The notes under the pieces were generated by a model, which was not told where the DNA came from, did not search any database, and saw only the letters and a list, made by a program, of their open reading frames with translations. From a virus (taxonomy: Duplodnaviria > Caudoviricetes): a stretch of 27,219 nucleotides of DNA. Each line of letters begins with the position of its first letter. Position 1 is the first letter of the stretch. Of the stretch, positions 22,497 through 27,219 are shown piece by piece. The stretch lies in the IMG/VR virus record IMGVR_UViG_3300009095_000062, positions 1 to 27,219 of that record. One strand, 5' to 3'. A program made the position numbers and the translations under genes.

Positions 22497-25400
22497 GGCC
22501 GGTTCCGCGGTGTTCCGTGCGATCGCTGATTTCTCCCGGCTGCGGCGGGAATCGAAGCAGACCGCCCGCGAGTTGCGCGGCATCAAGGACTCCGCGCACG
22601 AAGCCGACAAGGCGCTGTCGGACACCGAGAAGCATTCCGAAGCCGCCGCCAAGCAGCTCGCCCAGGCGCAGACAGCGATGCGGCGTGCGTCCGAGGCGCT
22701 GGAAGCCGCTCGTCGCCGCGAAGCCGACGCCGCTGGGCGGGTGCGGGTCGCGGAGGAGGCGCTGGCGCGGGTGCGCCGGGCGGGCGGCGACAACACGGTG
22801 CGGCTGGTGGCGGCGGAGGAACGGCTCGCCAAGACCCAGCGCGACCTGTACGCCGCCCAGCAGAACACCATCAAGCGCACCCGCGACCTGGACGTTGCGC
22901 AGGTCGCGGTCACCCGCTCGACCCGCGAACTGGAGACCGCCCAGGAGAGGTTGCACGCCTCGACCAACAAGACCAGCAGCGTGTTCTCTCGGTTGCGGTC
23001 GGTGTTGCGGTCGGCTGGTGACGAGAACAGCCGGTTCGGGCAGACGGTGGATCGCATCGGGGCGCGGCTGCCGCGGGTGATCGGGCTCGTGTCGAAGCTC
23101 ACCGTGGTGTTGGGGGGCGGCGGCGCTGGCATCGGGCGCGCTGCACGCCGGAGCTGCCGGGGTGATGTCGCTGGTCGGAGCCCTGGCGGCGTTGTCGGGG
23201 GCGGTGGGGGTGCTACCTGCGGGGCTGGCCGCGGCCGGAGCCGCCGTCGCCACTCTGAAGATCGGGTTCTCCGGATTCGGCGACGTGATGAAGGCCGTTG
23301 CTGAAGGCGACGCCGAGAAGTTCCAGGAGTCGCTGAAGAAGCTGACACCTGCGGCGCGGGCGGTCGCGCAGGCGTTGTGGGATCTGCGGCCTGCGTTTCA
23401 GTCCATTCGCGACACCGTGCAGGAGCGGCTGTTCGCGGGGCTGGGCGTCGAGGTCCGGGATCTCGCGGGCCGCTACCTGCCGATGCTGGAACGGATGCTC
23501 GGGCGGATCGCCACGAGCATGAACAAGGCCGCTCGGGAGGTCGCGGCGTTCCTGAAGACTTCCGCCGCGACCGACGCTGCTCGTCGCATCTTCGACCGGA
23601 TCGGCGATGCGTTCGAGCGGCTGGTCCCCGCGGCGCGGAACGTAGCCGGGGCGCTGCTCGATATCACCGATGTCGGGAGCGAGTTCCTGGCGCCGATCGC
23701 CGATGAGGTCACCGACCTCACCCGCCGGTTCCGGGATTTCGTCGCGCAGGCCAAGGAAACCGGACAACTGCGTACCTGGATCTCCACTGGAATCGACGCG
23801 GTGAAGCGCCTCGGTTCCACGGTCGGCAACGTCGGCTCGACCATCATGGGGGTGTTCCGGGCCGCCGACAGCACCGGCCGGAACTTCCTGGTCACCCTCG
23901 ACGAGGGCACCGAGAAACTGGCCGCGTGGGTCAACTCGGCCCGCGGCCAGACCGCCCTGGCTGACTTCTTCCGCGCCGCCTCAGACGCGGCGGCGAACCT
24001 CCTACCGATCCTCACCGCGGCGGCCGAGGTCATCGGTACGAAGCTGGCGCCGCTGCTGGCACGGATCTCCGAGCACATCGGGCCGGGGGTCGAGGCGGTC
24101 GTTCGCGGGCTGGGTGACGCGATCGAGCGCGCCGGACCGCAGATCGAGGAGTTCTTCGCCGCGGTCGGTGATCTGCTCGTGGCGCTGGGCGATGCGGGAC
24201 CGCTGGTGGGGGCGCTGGCCGGGGGCGTCGCCGAGGTGCTGACCCCGGCGGTCAAGGCGCTGACCTGGGCTCTTGAAGCCCTGACGGGCTGGTTCAACGC
24301 CCTGCCACAACCCATGCAAGACACCATCGGGCTGCTGGGTGGCTGGGTCATCGCGGGTGGGCTGCTGACGCTCGCGCTCGGGAAGATCGTCCGGGTTGGT
24401 GCGGGCGTCGCCGAGACCTTCGGGTTGATCAAGAAAGCCGCGCAGGGTGTCGGGCTGCTGAAGATGCCCGCGCTCGACGCCGCCGACGCCACCACCAAGG
24501 GACGCGCCGCCGGAACCGCTGCCCGCGGCGGGTTCTTGAAGGCCCTAGGCGAAGGACTGGCCACCGCAGCCGGGGCGGTGTTCTCGGGGTCGTTCTGGGC
24601 GCGGGCGGGTTCCCTGCTGAGTAAGGTCGGCCCGAAGCTGCTCAACCTGGGCAAGTTCCTCGGCCCCTGGGGGCTGGCGACCACCACCGCGATCGGGCTG
24701 GCGTGGGAGCTGTGGAACAACTGGGACACGGTCTCGCAGTGGATCACTGATGCGGCGGGTGCCGTGGGCGACTTCTTCGCCGGCTGGGGACCCACCATCG
24801 GGCAGGCGGTGTCCTCGGTGGGTACGTGGTTCTCAGAACTACCAGGCAAGATCGGCTCGGGGTTGTCGTCGGCGGCGAGCTCCGTGGCCACCTGGGCGTC
24901 GGATCTGGCGTCGTCGATCGCGACCGGACTGGCCGATGCGGGTGCCGCGGTTCTGGCGTGGCTGGCGGAGCTGCCGGGCAAGATCGCCGAGTTTCTGGCC
25001 GGGCTGCCGCAGATGCTCTGGGATCTGCTCGTCAATGCGCTGTCCTACGCGGCCGAAGGCGCCGGATACGGGATCGGGTTGATCCTCGCGCTGGTCGTCG
25101 GGATATCGATGCTCATCGTCACGGCACTGTCCACATTGGGCCAGTTGTTGTGGGATTGGGCCGTTGCCGCTTGGGAATGGTGCAAGCAGGCGTTCATCGC
25201 CGGAACGAACGCTGTGTTCGAGTGGGCGACCGGACTGCCGGGGCGGGTGCTTACCGGGCTGGAGGCGTTCGGCCAGATGCTCGCCGACTGGGCAACGGCC
25301 GCCTGGGAGTGGTGCCGAAACGCGGTAGTCACCGGCGTGAACGCCGCCTACGACTGGATGGTGGCGCTACCGGGCCGGGTGATGGCCGGGCTGGCGTCGT

Positions 25401-26188
25401 TCGGAACGCAACTGGACCGCTGGGCGCGGGATGCGTGGACCTGGGCGAAGAACACCACCCAAGCCACCATTGATTCCATAGTGGATTTTGTGCGGAACTT
25501 CCCGCGCCGGGCGCTCGACGCGATCGGCTCGCTGGGCTCCTCGCTGGACCGCTGGGCACGCGATGCCTGGACCTGGGCACGGAACGCCTTCGTCAACGGG
25601 GCCAACAGCGTCATCGACTGGGTCCGCAGCCTCCCGGGCAAGATCGTCGATGCGATCGGCAACGTGGGCTCGCTGCTCTACGACGCGGGCGAGAAGATCA
25701 TCGGCGGGTTCCTGCGTGGGCTGCGCAACGCGGTCGGCGACGTGTTCTCGTTCGTCGGCAGTATCGCTGGCCGGATCCAGGATTTGAAGGGGCCGATCAC
25801 GGTTGACCGGGTGCTCCTCGTCGAGCAAGGCCGGGCGATCATGTCGGGCCTGGATCGCGGGCTCCGGGAGGAGTTCGGGACCGTCCGCCAGACGCTCCAG
25901 CAGATGACCAGCGACCTGCCCGCGATGACCGTTCCGATCCGCACCGCGGGTGCCAACGCGCTGCTGTCGGCCGCCGCCGGAACGCCCCCGGTACCGGCCC
26001 GTGCTGGCGAGCTCGCTCCGATCAGCATCCCGGTGCTGCGCGGGGGTGGTGGGTCGGCGGTGTCGGTGTCGGTGACCCAGAACATCTACAACCCCGCCCC
26101 CGAGACGCCCTCGGAGTCGCTGACGCGGCGGATGCGGCGGATCTCGGAGCTGGGGCTGCGCGAAGCCCTGGACAGGAGGCAAACCTGA
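22489..26188 (+). CDS. Tape measure protein, about 1232 aa if the +1 frameshift in the G6 run at 23112-23117 is corrected
   Basis: AVFRAIADFS N-terminus, coiled coil, Ala/Gly/Leu-rich body and Trp-periodic repeats. Removing one G joins ORFs 22489-23304 and 23162-26188 as LGAAALASGALHAGAAGVMS. Confidence 0.9.
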
Positions 26189-27012
26189 TGCCGATCACCG
26201 TGGATGGGGTGAGCCTGCAGAACTTCGGGTGGAACATCACCACCACCGGGTCACGGCTGCGGGCGGCGGGGCCTCGCGGCAACAACACCGAGGTCGCCGG
26301 GGCAGACGGTGCCGTGTGGCAGCCGGACAAGCCGCTCGGGGAGCTTCAGTTCGAGCTGTCGATGTGGATCCTCGGCGCGGAAGACGACGGCCAGATGCCG
26401 CCGGACGGGATCGGCCGAGCGCGGGTACGGCAGCGCGTGGACGAGCTGCTCGCGTTGCTGTGGCGCACCGACCGGCTGGTGGAGATCGCCGACACCGATC
26501 GTGGCCGGCGGTGCTTCGCGGAGGTGTTGCAGCCGTTCGACCCGACGACGATGGCCCACGCCAGCCGCGCCGAAGTCGCGGTGGAGCTCAACGTTCCGGC
26601 CGGGTGCTGGGAGGACGTCGCCCTGGCCGACACCGGCCCGGTGCCGCTCACCACCAGCCAAACCACCACCCTGACCGGTCTCGGTGGCGGGAACCTTCCG
26701 CCGGGGCAGCTCATCGTGCGTCTGAACGGTCCCGGCCGCAACATCCGGCTCACCACCGAACGTGGTGCGTGGCTGGCGTTCAACGGTGACCTGCCCACCG
26801 CGGGCGTCGTCATCGACACCGCGGTCCCCGCCGCGTATCCGGCCGACAACCCCACCGTCTCCCTGATGAAGCAGGTCCGGTGGGCACCGCACGCGGCGAT
26901 GCTCCCGCTCGGCTACTCCCCCACCGACCCGGTGCTTCGCGTCACCGCGGAGGCCACGACCACCAATTCCCGCATCCAGATCACCGGCCGGAGGAGGTGG
27001 CGCAGCGCATGA
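26188..27012 (+). CDS. Distal tail (Dit-like) minor tail protein, 274 aa
   Basis: First gene after the tape measure; ITVDGVSL...RGNNTEVAGADG pattern. Confidence 0.8.
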   Translation: MPITVDGVSLQNFGWNITTTGSRLRAAGPRGNNTEVAGADGAVWQPDKPLGELQFELSMWILGAEDDGQMPPDGIGRARVRQRVDELLALLWRTDRLVEIADTDRGRRCFAEVLQPFDPTTMAHASRAEVAVELNVPAGCWEDVALADTGPVPLTTSQTTTLTGLGGGNLPPGQLIVRLNGPGRNIRLTTERGAWLAFNGDLPTAGVVIDTAVPAAYPADNPTVSLMKQVRWAPHAAMLPLGYSPTDPVLRVTAEATTTNSRIQITGRRRWRSA

Positions 27013-27219
27013 CCACCAGCACTCCCGTGCTGCGGCTCATCGAGGACGGGCAACCCGGCCGGGTACTCCCGCAGTGGACGAAGATCCAGATCGGCACTGC
27101 GACCACCGAGGAGTTCTCGCCCCACGACCAACTCCGTCGGGAGCCTCCCAACCGAGCAGCTCGCAGCAGCGAAAACACGGCTGGGACACCCTGGACGCTC
27201 AGCACCGTGACTTCTTCAG
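27009..27219 (+). CDS. Probable minor tail protein, 5' fragment
   Basis: ATGA overlap with the Dit gene, GGAGGAGGTGG upstream, frame open to the window end. Confidence 0.55.
   Translation, partial: MTTSTPVLRLIEDGQPGRVLPQWTKIQIGTATTEEFSPHDQLRREPPNRAARSSENTAGTPWTLSTVTSS

Larger units (their letters stand above)
1..27219 (+). mobile_element. Siphovirus-like actinophage/prophage virion-morphogenesis region (partial; extends beyond both window ends)
   Basis: Canonical synteny of terminase, portal, MuF, scaffold, capsid, head-tail genes, major tail, chaperone with frameshift, tape measure and Dit. Many ATGA/GTGA translational overlaps and GC-rich third codon positions. Confidence 0.95.

Noticed and set aside
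25090-25680. Roughly 44-aa Trp-periodic repeats (e.g. LDRWARDAWTWA twice)
   Set aside because: An ordinary feature of tape measure proteins.
27095-27219. Possible insertion or chimeric junction in the last tail gene (codon bias looks weaker)
   Set aside because: Too little sequence to judge; the frame stays open and no terminal repeat is visible.

Overview
High-GC, actinobacterial-type sequence covering the packaging, head and tail region of a siphovirus-like phage or prophage. No integrase, att site, lysis or replication gene is in the window. The + strand order is: small basic ORFs; ParB-like; TET/JBP-family 2OG-Fe(II) dioxygenase; GT-A glycosyltransferase; TerS; RHH protein; TerL ATPase gene; 89-aa gene; TerL nuclease gene; portal; MuF N-half; MuF-Cys/ADP-ribosyltransferase-like; scaffold; decoration; major capsid; head-tail genes; Arg-rich peptide; GT-B glycosyltransferase; major tail; tail chaperone with -1 slippery site; tape measure; Dit; start of the next tail gene. 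Three minus-strand accessory blocks interrupt it, including a type VII secretion (WXG-type) toxin-immunity cassette inside the head module. The most notable signals are: a packaging-coupled, base-J-like DNA hypermodification operon with no methyltransferase in view; a terminase split into two genes; two toxin modules side by side; a promoter architecture conserved at three operon starts; and a GGGGAC array in the scaffold gene. Up to three single-base frameshifts suggest assembly error or early prophage decay. All family calls come from motif recognition by eye, not database searches.
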